Part shown: in pieces, positions 12,408-23,693 of the stretch | Layout of the letters: every line of letters starts with the position of its first letter | Position numbering within the stretch: the first letter of the stretch is position 1 | DNA from: Octopus vulgaris | Taxonomy: Eukaryota | Reading direction: 5' to 3' | DNA length: 64,000 nt | Assembly (NCBI GenBank): GCA_951406725.2 | Contig: OX597817.1 | Span: forward strand, 158,162,001 to 158,226,000 | Program-made: the position numbers and the translations under genes | Notes under the pieces: generated by a model | What the model was told of the DNA's origin: nothing | The model's input: only the letters and a program-made list of their open reading frames with translations | Databases searched by the model: none

Positions 12408-14407
12408 TCATCATTTAACGTCTGCTTTCCATGCTAATATATATATATGTGTGTGTGTGTGTGTATATTTCGGTAAAAGAGACTGATAGAATAAGTACTA
12501 GGCTTACAACGAATAAGTCCTGGGGTCGATTTACTTGACCAAAGGCGGTGCTCCAGCATGGCCACAGTCACATGACTGAAACAAGTAAAAGAGTAATATC
12601 ATCATTATTATTATTATTGATAAGGTGACGAGCTGGCAGAATTGTTAAGATGCTGGGCAAAATGCTTTGTAACATTTCACGCATCTTTGTGTTCTGAGTT
12701 CAAATTCTGCCTTTTATCCTTTCAGGGTTGATAAAATAAGTATCAACTGAATACTGGGTTTAATATAATAGATTTACCCTTTTCCCCCTCTAAATTGCTG
12801 GCTTTGTGCTAAAATTTGAAACCAATATTCATCATCATCATCATACGTCTGTTTTCCATGCTACCATGGGTTTAATGGTTTGACTGAGAACTGATAAGCC
12901 GGGGAGCTGCACTAGGTTCCAATCTGATTTGGCATGGTTTTCACAGCTGGATGCCCTTCCCAATGTCAACCACTCTAAGAGTGTAGTGGGTGCTTTTTAC
13001 ATGCCCGTTACATGACACTGGCATCGACCATGACTATGATCTCACTTGGTTTGACAGGTCTTCTCAAGCACAATCATCATCATTGTTTAACGTCCGCTCT
13101 CCATGCTAGCATGGGTTAGACGATTTGACTGAGGAGTTTCGACAGCTGGATGCCCTTCCTAACGCCAACCACTCTGAGAGTGTAGTGGGTGCTTTTACGT
13201 GCCACCGGCACGAGGGCCAGTCAAGTGGTAATGGCAATGGCCATGCTCAAATGGTGTTCTCTATGTGCTCCCTGCACAGGAGTCAGTCCAGTGGCGCAAG
13301 TAACGACCTCGCGCGAACGTTTTTTTTTTTTCTTCCATGTGCCAGTTGTGCCAATATATCGTCAAAGGTCTTGGCCACCTGTCACTGCATTTGTGGGGCC
13401 CAACATTTGAATGGTGCTTTTTATATGTCACCAGCCATGACTAGAATTCACTTGGCCTGACAGGTCTTCTCAAGCACTGCATATCACCCAATGTTCGAAA
13501 GATTCTTTTTACAAGCCAGTCACATAACATTGGCATCAGCCACAATTACAATCTCATTTGGCTTGATGGGTCTTCTCAAGAATAACATACTGCCAAAGGT
13601 CTCAGTCACTTCTCATTGCCTCCATGAGGCCCAACATTTGAATATCATGCTGCACCACTTTGTCCCATGTCTTCCTGGATCTATCTCTTCCAACATGTTC
13701 CCTCCACCATTAGAGTGCGGCACTTCTTCACACAGCTGTCCTCATCCATATGCATCACAGGACCATATCAGTGCAGTCAGTTCTCTTGCACATCACATCT
13801 AATGCCTCTTATGCCAACTTTTCTCTCAAGATGTTTACATTCTGTCATGCGTACACACTGACACTACACATCCAGCAAAGCATACTAGCTTCATTTCTTA
13901 CAAGCCTACGCATGTCCTTGGCAGTCACAACCCATGTTTCACTGCTGGGTAGCATGGCTGTTTGCACACAGGCATCATGTAATTATTATTAATATGAATA
14001 TTAAAATATTTCTGGTTGGACCATTGTTTGCAAAATATGTTCATTGCTAACATAAAATGAATGTTTTGTAGGTTGTTTTTTTTTTTTGTTTTTTGTTGGG
14101 GGTTTTGTCCTTTAATTCCCTGGGAGAATCTGTGTATGTATGCAATTGTTATTGTTAGATATTGACATATTTAATAGTTGAGCATCAAATGTAAATGCTT
14201 TGACATTTTGTTTTTATTTTAAACCAAAATATAAATTTTTTCCTTTGTTTATTTTTTTGTCTTTTCTAGGTGGTATTAGAGACTGAAATCACAAACAAAG
14301 CTGCTCTTAAACTATATGAAAATCTCGGATTTGTAAGAGATAAACGGCTTTTTCGATATTATTTGAATGGAGTGGATGCTTTACGGTTAAAACTCTGGTT
14401 GAAATGA
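2053..14407 (+). CDS. NAA30: N-alpha-acetyltransferase 30 (NatC catalytic subunit, MAK3), 3' part; join(2053..2176,4341..4396,14270..14407); 5' exons lie upstream of the window
   Basis: Spliced translation [105 protein letters not shown] is the recognisable NAA30 GNAT C-terminus. All junctions are AG/GT with consistent phases. Confidence 0.97.
3686..4190 (+). mobile_element. non-autonomous Helitron
   Basis: A|TC 5' end (TCTCTCTATATATAGA), 3' CCCGGGCAATGC hairpin remnant and CTAG|T, no TSD. Confidence 0.65.
4341..4396 (+). CDS. NAA30: NAA30 coding exon ([18 protein letters not shown])
   Basis: ttttgcag acceptor, gtgagt donor, 56 nt, phase 1-0. Confidence 0.96.
5583..5897 (+). mobile_element. 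(GAT)n-tailed non-autonomous retroposon family D; copies ~5100-5358 +, ~7905-8230 -, ~13075-13340 -, ~17390-17650 +, ~22213-22730 -, ~24368-24605 -, ~29929-30350 -, ~31436-31861 +, ~38815-39125 -, ~46420-46678 +, ~58495-58720 +, ~61940-62225 +
   Basis: Shared GGTTGGCRTTAGGAAGGGCATCCA and CCATGCTAGCATGG..GGACGTTAAAC(GAT)n; variable 5' module array. Confidence 0.85.
7451..7835 (+). mobile_element. tRNA-derived SINE family B; other copies ~750-1065 -, ~2433-2816 -, ~10240-10510 -, ~17971-18266 +, ~45607-45985 +, ~53952-54331 -
   Basis: TGGCCCAGTGG A box, GTTTCGATTCC B box, TSD TAGTAAATTCTCTG; copies carry alternative 3' modules. Confidence 0.85.
10586..11040 (-). mobile_element. probable Penelope-like element terminal-repeat remnant
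   Basis: Very AT-rich block starting in a (TA)n tract and carrying the minimal hammerhead; no RT or GIY-YIG coding sequence seen; boundaries approximate. Confidence 0.55.
10759..10802 (-). ncRNA. minimal type I hammerhead ribozyme (Penelope-like element type)
   Basis: Minus strand reads CCAC-CUGAAGA-AUGUC(GGUAGCA)GACAU-GAAA-CAAUUG-UA-GUGG: complete core, 4-bp stem I, 5-bp stem II, palindromic short stem III. Confidence 0.85.
13560..13985 (-). mobile_element. degraded RTE-clade LINE 3' region
   Basis: Relics of the RTE C-terminal G(R)xRKTW region adjoining (GAT)n-tailed retroposon pieces. Confidence 0.45.
14270..14407 (+). CDS. NAA30: NAA30 last coding exon
   Basis: ttttctag acceptor; [21 protein letters not shown]...LKLWLK then TGA. 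Confidence 0.97.
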   Translation: MVLETEITNKAALKLYENLGFVRDKRLFRYYLNGVDALRLKLWLK

Positions 14408-15315
14408 AAGGAATAAATTATTCTTGACGGGCTCTGGCCTTTATTTTTCTTTGACAGCATGAAAATATTTTGTATTTCCACATAGCTATTACTACTTCAT
14501 GAACAGAACTCCTGGCAGGTTGATCCAATTTATCATGGCTCAGTACATGAAAATCTTGTCATTACAGTTCACCAAGCTGTGCTTAAGGGTTGCAGGTGCT
14601 TAAGAGTTACAGGTGCTGTCAGTTATTTGTTATTAACATCAATGGTAATATATTCGATATAAAACAAAATAACATAAGTATATAAGAAACAGTTTTCTGT
14701 TTCCTTAAACCAACTGATTTGTCCCAGTTTTCTGTGGCTCTAATCACACTGGATTTCTCCCCGTTTAATATGGCTCTATCTGATGTGAACTGAAGATACG
14801 AAAACTAGCTAACCCAGTAGGAGATGCAAACGGTGTTGTTCTTTCAGAAGCTGCACTCAGCTTACTTTAAGGTGTTCCTGTTGGTTAGATTGTCTTCTCC
14901 TTTGGGGCAGAACTCACATATATATGTTTTTATTTAAAGAAGAAAAAAAATTCATTTGCTAATACTCAGAAACGTATTTTGTCTCCGTCATTTCATACTT
15001 CGTCAGTAACATGGCATGGCTTCCTCAGCATTAGGACTCCACACTTCTAGCTAACAGTTGGGTTATATTTTCAGTGTATCTTTCTAACGGTGTAGACCTA
15101 CCTCTCCTTAGCTGTGTACTAAAATTAGGCTATGGTTCATATGTACATAAACCAGGATATGTTTGATAAGGCTGCATTCATCACAATTTTTGACAGCTGT
15201 GAAAATGAGAAACTTTTTGGAGCAAGGTGGAGTGGAGGGGAGTACATTTTACATTCTTTTTCTAATCTATTGAATTCTTATTTTCTTTTAATTGAAAATA
15301 ATTCAATAAAATAAA
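14408..15315 (+). other. probable NAA30 3' UTR (may extend to ~16850)
   Basis: Repeat-free stretch after the stop codon; tandem AATAAAATAAA at ~15305; further AATAAA at ~15965, ~16410, ~16605, ~16838. Confidence 0.5.
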
Positions 15316-18300
15316 CGCATCAGATTTCTTGTGGTGTTGAATTCATGGTCTTTGCTGATCCTTTTTTGTGCTCTTTGTTTCAAACAACTTTGGTAAAAAT
15401 CAAACTGCAATGTTGAGAATGCATTTTGCTTTAGCTTAGTTGCATAAAATAGAATTTCTCTTCAAAGCAAATTTCACAGCCAGTTTAATTTGGATTCAAT
15501 TTGAAATTTTATTTAATTTTTTTCATTCTAAATTTTGTTTCTCGTTGCTAAATTCAAGCCTTCAAATACTTTGAATGGTTTCTCTGTTGAATAACATATA
15601 TAACTGTTTTGCCACTGTCTCAATCATTGTCGTTTAGCCCCCAATCAGCCCAGACCTATGATCAGAGATGTTCCACCCATAATCAGCCCCATCTTTTTAG
15701 AGGTGTATAGGACTACATTGTCCAGTATGTTCTTTCCACATTTAAAATGCTAGGGTATTGTTCTTTGATGGAATTTGGCTGCTATTTCTAGCAGGTAGAG
15801 TGATCATGTAAAGGTTCCCTCATTGGCTCGATGTCCCAGTTGTTGATTGGGATGGCTGTTCTGAGTTATTAAGAAGGTGACTAATTATATAGCGATTTAT
15901 TTCCGTGGTCTTAAGGAAATTTTTCTTTAAATTGATACAGTTTTAGAAAAATATCTATCATGCAAATAAAAACAGATATTTTATGCCAAGTTATTCCATT
16001 CAGTGAATATATTTTTCTTTCTTTTAAAGCTATTTAACTGCAACTAATTGGAAATGTCCATAGGAGATCATTTTTAAAGGACTAGAGTTAGAAGTTTGTT
16101 TCACAAATAATGAAGTTTCAATCCCAGTCTGTGATGGATTTTCCATATAATCAATGAGTGTAATTTATTTTATATTTTTGTGTACTTCTTATTTAAATTT
16201 TGTGTACTTTCTGATTTTATTATAAATTCTCAGATATAAAGCTATTTCTATGGTAGCCGAAATCTCAGTTTTGCATCACAATATCAACAGTTGTTATTGT
16301 TGTTACAAATACCATTTTTAATGTCGCAAAAAAAATTTTCTGACAAAACATCCCTTGGTATTGTTTGATTTCCATCAAAGGAACTGCTGTCTAGTTTGTT
16401 CTGACGCTGAATAAACTACATTTTTTTTTTTTTTTTTTTGTAATTTGTAATTTTTTTTTCCCTGTTTGTATCATTTATAATATATATTTTATCAAGTCAA
16501 AGAACGTTAATCAAAGTGTTATCCATGTTGATTCCAAGAAATAGCCCCCATCCCCTGTTGCTATCATTTCATTATTCCTATAGAATTTTCAACAACAAAA
16601 AAAAATAAATTTATACATCTTTAAGTGATTGCGTGCCAGGAAATATAAAAAGTGCCCGATTTGTAATTCCTCGTGAGAATCCAAATCAAGTACTGAATAT
16701 ATTAAAAATGACAACTACAAGAATTTCACTGAGTGAAGCGAATCATCTTTCAACATTGAATTACAATTTTGGTTGTTTTCAAACTACTAAAAAAAAAAAT
16801 ATGTTTTAATACTGAACAACTTTTAAACTGTCACCAAAATAAATTTCATATATTGATGTTGAGACATTAAATAGTGACAGTAGCAAGGAGGTGTTGTTTT
16901 TGCTTCAGAGTTTCATGGCTGTGTGTGTATATTTAATATACATGTCATTTTAATTTTTTACAGGCTTGTTTATATTATATACATAGAATGAGTGTTGATT
17001 TTTCTCTCCCTTCTGGTGTTAGTAACAATCTGGTGTCTTACAACACATCGTTATAAAATATCAATGAGAAAAATCAAATTTCATTTGATACTGCATCTTT
17101 TCTTTATTTGTTTCTTATTTTAATTTGCCCACCACAGTAGAACTGAGATTCTAAAACCAAGGTGCCATGTGGAAAGCACATAGAAAAGCACTGGTGGTGG
17201 TGGTGCCATGTAAAAAGCACCCAGTACACTCTGTAAAGTGATTGGTGTTAGGGAGGGCATCCAGCCGTAGAAACTGAGCCAAAACAGGCTGTGGAACCTG
17301 GTGCAGCTCCTGGCCTGGCCAATTTCTGTCAAACCATCCAACCCATGCCAGCGTGGAAAACAGATGTTTAATGTTGATGATGTGTTTGGCATCCGTGCCG
17401 GGGGCACGTGAAAAAGCACCAACCGTTCATGGCCGTTGCCAGCCTCCTTTGGCCCCTGTGCCGGTGGCACATAAAAAGCACCCACTGCACTCATGGAGTG
17501 GTTGGCTTTAGGAAGGGCATCCAGCTGTAGAAACACTGCCAGATCAGACTGGAGCCTGGTGCAGCCTCCTGGCTTCCCAGACCCTGGTCGAACCGTCCAA
17601 CTCATGCTAGCATGGAAAACCGATGTTAAACAATGATGATGATGATGATTCGCTGTATTTTGTGATGGAGGAAAAATCAATATTTGTCTACAATGAGAAA
17701 TTTTCTCTGTGACAAAACACAGTGAATGGCTTGTTTATGAGTTCCAACTGGTAACAACATTGCATTTATACCAAAAGTGGTTAGCTTAATGATTTATCTC
17801 CAAAGCTTGTGCCACAAATAATCATTTCATAGGAGCACAACCTAGGGCCTTACAACACCAGGCAAGCTACTACAACTAACTGATTCAAGATTTGTGACAA
17901 AAAACTATTGATACATGTCAGCTTAGTCATTCTGTATCAACGGTCTTACATATGGGTACTATGTGTAAGTGTGGAGGTGTAATGGCCCAGTGGTTAGGGC
18001 AGCGGACTCGCGGTCGTAGGATTGCGGTTTCGATACCCAGACTGGGCGTTGTGAGTGTTTATTGAGCGAAAACAACTAAAGCTCCACGAGGCTCCAGTAG
18101 GGGCTAGTGGTGATCCCTGCTGTATTCTTTCACCACAACTTTCTCTCACTCTTTCTTCTGTTGGCCTGCTCGCTTAGCCAGCGGGGTGGCATCATTTGAA
18201 GGCTAAAACAATGCGAAGTGCATCGTGATCAGCGATGTGTAGCAACATCTGATAGTCACGGTGATCACTATGTGTAAGTACAACTTAGAAAAGCAATATC

Positions 18301-18833
18301 ACTACTTTATATGATACGGTTCATGAGCAATACAATGGTGAATGTGACCAGAAGATGATAGTAATAATTTTCACTTGTCTTACAATACATAAAAGTAAAT
18401 TCATTGAATTCCTAAAAAACACTTTATCTCATATTCTATGAATTAATTTTTGTTTAACATCTAATCAACAGTTACCTTTCATTTCTATCATTAGATGTAA
18501 GGAGGCTCTGATGACACCATTTCAGTAATGTTAACTAGTTGACCTTGGTGTCAAAGTAGTTAAACTGACAGACAGCACAGTCAAAGGCTCTAAACCCTAA
18601 CTTTGATATTGCATTACTTGTCACATATATCAAGTTTCTATCTGGAGATATGTTTATTGTTAGAGCATGTATTTGTACAATTAAATATTTTTCCTGTTAC
18701 TAAGCAAACAAACTTGAAGTGAGAGTGACGTTTATATTTAGTTGGGTTACAAGGAATTGTAATAGAAAAACCACAAACTTTGGACTTGAGTTCTGTATTG
18801 CAAATGCCCTTATCACTAAAGCCAATACACACA

Positions 18834-19092
18834 AATAATAATAAAAATAATAATAATGAAATTATTGTATACAGTGCTCAGATGCACCACAACTTGTCAA
18901 AAGTGTGTATAAAGCATATGTAGTAATGTACAAATGTCTGGAAAGCGAACAGTGTATGAGTCAGATACATGCTTGCGTGTGTATAGAGGGGAGAAAATCA
19001 GGTGTAGTGTTGGCGAATCTCAGAAAGCATGGAAGTTTTGAAGGATGCTGTGCTCCGACAACTAACAACTGATGCCAGCAGTTTGTTCCATG
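18834..19092 (-). mobile_element. 3' fragment of a second CR1-like LINE
   Basis: WNKLLASVVSCRSTASFKTS...* plus 3' UTR and (TTA)n tail. Confidence 0.65.
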
Positions 19093-21315
19093 TTTATAGG
19101 TGAATATGAAAAAGTTTGTGAAGGAAAATAACTAAATCTGGTATAAGGGATGTATATAAAAGCTTCTATTTTAATTTAACTCCAGCTCAGAGATATGGTG
19201 TGTGAGTACTATCCAACTATACTAATATGTGTACCATCTAAATAAAATGTCCAGCAAGATACTGTGTGACAAATCAGTCATCGATTAGATCAGAATATGC
19301 CACTAATGTAGTTATTTGAAATACAGTAGGCTTATAGTGCTCCTAATCATTAACATATACACACTGTCTTTCATGTAAAAAGCACCTGGTACACTGTAAA
19401 GTGGTTGATGTTAGGAAGGGCATCTAGCCAGAGAAACCATACCAAAATAGATGACTGGAGCCTGGTGCAGTCCTCTGGCTTGCCAGCTCCTGTTAAACTG
19501 TCGACACAAGCCAGTGTAGAGAACAGACAGTAAATGATGATGATGAAACATACAATATAGATATGGTATTACCAGTTTTGTTAATCTTTTTATTTTATTA
19601 AAAAAAAATTAGAGATTAAAGAATCTCTAATTCTTCCCTTTAAACACAAGTTATTTCATTGAAGTTTTTAGATAAAATCTTTGTTGTTAAAACTGGTTAC
19701 AAAAGAGTCTTCACTCTCGCAGTTCTGTTAACTCTTTAACATGTACAAACATAAAGATCTCTCTTGTCAGCAAACAATAAGTCCTGAATATTATTCTTTT
19801 ACTTGTTTCAGTCATTTGACTGCGGCCATGCTGGAGCACCGCCTTTAATCGAGCAACTCGACCCCGGAACTTATTCTTTTTTGTAAGCCCAGTACTTATT
19901 CTATCAGTCTCTTTTGCCGAACCGCTAAGTAACGGGGACATAAACACACCAGCATCGGTTGTCAAGCAATGCTAGGGGGACAAACACAAACACACACACG
20001 CATATATATACATATATACGACGGGCTTCTTTCAGTTTCCGTCTACCAAATCCACTCACAAGGCTTTGGTCAGCCCGAGGCTATAGTAGAAGACACATGC
20101 CCAAGGTGCCACGCAGTGGGACTGAACCCAGAACCATGTGGTTGCCTGCATTAACTTATTCAAATCCTGTTTGCACCATTTACACACAACTGTTTTTCAT
20201 TAAAACTGATTCGTAGTTATTTAGATTTGAACACTCCAATGAAACATGTATAACTTCTTCCCAAGAATCATTATTATTCATTTCATTACTTGCATTATAT
20301 AATTTTTCAAGAATTCTTTGACTGACTAATATCTCACTGTAATCAACTGACTTCTAAGATAATATACCTCGAAAACCATAACTACCTGATCTAGGCTGTG
20401 TAGTAATGAAGTTGTGTTTGGTGAAATGAAAATGATTTCAATAGATGCACATATTTGAAGTGAGTTGAGATTTGAGGATGCCCATGAACTTGGCCAGAAG
20501 CAGAAGTATTTTGAACCCAAAATATTCTTTTCAAAAAATTGTTCAAATTCTGTGCAATTGAAACTTTTGTAAGATTTCCATAAACAAGCTTGATTTGAAG
20601 CCTTTCGTTGCTACAGGAGTATCAGAAGGATAAACAAAAGATTGTTTAATGCATCCAATTGCATATTTTCTCTTAATGTGAGATGACCTTTTGCCAGGTT
20701 TGGACAGAGAGTTATTTGAGGCACAATTTTCCAGTTGAGACCCACCCTTATACAATGTGGAGTAGCCATGTATCACCTCTGTAACAAGACACCTGTACTT
20801 GTCCCGCTATCATATTTTGGCCTTTCAATACCTGGCATACAACCACCTCGCCACTTAGTCCTTTTTTTCTTTTCTTTTCTGCTCTTTATGTCTTGCAAGT
20901 TGCTTGGGAAACTCACTGGTGCCAGCAGCATTCAAAAACGCACCCAGTACACAATGTAAAATGGCTGGTGTTAGGAAGGGCCTCAAACCATAGAAACTGT
21001 GCCAAAGCTAACACTGAAGCTCAATGCAGCCCTGCAGCTTCTGTCAAACTGCCCAACCCATACTTGCTTGGAAAACAAATATAAAATGATAAAGCTCTTC
21101 CAGTCACCAACCTTTACCTGTTTTTCTAGGAATTTCTCCTACAGGAGTTCAACAGTGCAGAACCAGTCATGTCAACATGAGTACAGGTATGTTTGAGTGG
21201 TTACAAAGATGGATCTTGGGTTTGATCTCACTGCCTGGCATATTGAGCAAGTGCTTATTACCATAGCCATGAAGGCATGTGGCTTTGTGGTTAAGGTATT
21301 CAGCTCATGATTATA

Positions 21316-21820
21316 TTGGGTTGTCCAGAAAGTTCATGCTGATTTATAGCAGCTTACCTTTCGACTTATTTTAGAACATGGTAGAGTCCATAAAATAGGA
21401 TTTGAATACACCTCCATTTAGAGCACAGTTTAAGCTATCTGTTCATTGAAGAAGATTTATGTTCCTATAACCTGTGTTAATTTTGTAACCCTTTAAAATG
21501 GAAGATAAGAAAGTTCATTTTCGGCACTTGATGCTTTGGGAACCAGACAATAATTGCTGCAGCTCGGCTGGGATGTGTTACTCCACCCTCCATGTTCACC
21601 AGATATTGCTCCTTTGGATTTCCACTTATTCAGGTCTCTGCAGAATAGTCTTAATGGTAAAAATTTCAATTCCTTGGATGACCTAAAAAGATACCTTGAT
21701 GAATTGTTTGCCATGAAACCACCTCAATTCTGGGAAGAGGGTATTTTCAAGTTAAAGGAAAGATGGAGATGCATTGTGCAACAAAATGGTTCATATTTGG
21801 TTGATTAAAAATGTAATGGC
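21316..21820 (+). mobile_element. internally deleted mariner (DD34D) fossil
   Basis: TA|TTGGGTTGTCCAGAAAGT TIR; N-terminus MEDKKVHFRHLML fused to C-terminus LGWDVLLHPPCSPDIAPLDFHLFRSLQN...KLKERWRCIVQQNGSYLVD*. Confidence 0.88.
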
Positions 21821-22019
21821 AAAAGGTTTAGCAGTATTTCGTCTGCCACTACGTTCTGAGTTCAAATTCTGCCGAGGTCGACTTTGCCTTTCATCTTTTC
21901 AGGGTCGATTAAGTAAGTACCAGTTACGCACTGGGTCGATATAATCGACTCAATCCGTTTGTTTGTCCCCTTTGTGTGTAGCCCCTTGTGGGCAGTAAAG
22001 AAATAAGAAATATAATTCT

Positions 22020-23131
22020 GTAGTTCTTAAAAAAAATTTTCCAGCTGATTTTCAATAACACCTTCAATCACATCAATTATCCTTGCTTTCAAGTCTTCTA
22101 AAGGTTAATGCTTAGCTGAATAAACAATAGTTTTCACATGTCCCCATAAAAAGAAATCCAATGGAGTCAAATCTGGTGAAATGGAGGCCAAAATAATGGT
22201 CCACCTCTTTCAATCCATCATCATCATCATCGTTTAATGTCCGTTCTCCATGCTAGCATGGGTTGGACGGTTCGACCAGGGATCTGGGAAGCCAGAAGGC
22301 TGCACCAGGCTCCAGTCTTATCTGGCAATGTTTCTACAGCTGGATGCCCTTCCTAATGCCAACCATTCCGTGAGTGTAGTGGGTGCTTTTTACGTGCCAC
22401 CCGCACAGGTGCCAGGCGAGGCTGGCAATGGCCACGGTTGGATTGGTGCATTTTATGTGCCACCGGCACGGAAGCCAGTCGAGGCGGCGCTGGCATCGGC
22501 CAAGATTCGGATAGTGCTTTTTACGTACCACCTGTCCAGGGACCCTGGCATCTGCCGGGTGCTAGTCATAGGATTGGTTCAATTCCGATTTCGATTTCAC
22601 TTGCCCCAACATGTCTTCGCAAGCAGAGGGGGTTGGCATGGGTGCCTGTCGTCAGATGAGGTTCGATATCGACTTCACTTGCCTCAACAGGTCTTTGTGT
22701 CCAAGGGAGGAAAGGCATCCATAAGTGGGCTGTTAGGGAATTTCTCATTCAGAAACTACCTAACCTATTTCTTTACTGCCCACAAGGGGCTACACACACA
22801 GAGGGAACAAACAGATTAAGTCGATTATATCGACCCCAGTGCGTATCTAGTACTTATATAATCGACCCCGAAAGGATGAAAGGCAAAGTAGACCTCGGCG
22901 GAATTTGAACTCAGAATGTAACGGCAGACGAAATACGGTTACGCATTCCGCCCGGCGTGCTAACGTTTCTGCCAGCTCGCTGCCTTCTAGTTAGAAACTA
23001 CCTAACCTGCAAAGCAAAGTGACAAGGTGCACCACCTTGTTGAAAAACTGTATTCTCTATCAGTTCTGATTGTTCAAGCTTAGAAATGGAGTAATTTGGT
23101 AGCATTGCACCATGACTTTATGGACACCCTG
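22020..23131 (-). mobile_element. Tc1/mariner-superfamily (maT/DD37D-like) fossil interrupted by two SINEs
   Basis: TA|CAGGGTGTCC TIR at 23131; minus-strand pieces FQQGGAPCHFALQVR*FLNEKFPN / WIERGGPLFWPP..SPDLTPLDFFLWG separated by SINEs at ~22213-22730 and ~22767-22990 (TSD AGAAACTACCTAACCT). Confidence 0.8.
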
Positions 23132-23430
23132 TATATTAATTGAATATATTTGCCATAAGCACTTTCCCTCTCCTCATACACATAAAGACAAAGATGCACA
23201 CACACAAACATAGAGCAAGGTGAGGAGAGAGAAACATCAAAACATGTCGGGTTAAATAAGTCAGCAATACCAAAACATGTCATACTCGTGACATGTTTTG
23301 GTATTGGGTCAAGCAAATCGACCCCAGGACTATCAAATGTGATAAGTGCACCAGCAAACAGTAGAAAATTACAGAGTTAAGATATATCCCTTTCTTTTTT
23401 TAAAAAATATTTTATTTTCTTCTCTATGTC

Positions 23431-23693
23431 TCATATTCGTAACATCTTTGCCTGCTTCAGTTCTTCAAGTCTCTCTTCTTCTGCTTTCACAAAAGCACGT
23501 CTCTCCTCCAAAAATTCAGTGTATTCCTCAACATCTAGTGACGGGACAACCTTAATGCCACATGACCGGCATGTTCCAATAAGGCCCTTACAAATGTTCT
23601 GCAAGGATTGACCTAAGAATGCTGGATCTTCACTTTTAATTTTAGCAATTTCATAAATATGTTTTAAGGTAAGCTTTCCAGATACTTCACCTC
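23431..23693 (-). CDS. MRPL11: MRPL11 exon 4 (terminal)
   Basis: atttcag acceptor (CAG GAG tandem NAGNAG possible), ends in TGA at 23433-23431. Confidence 0.95.
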
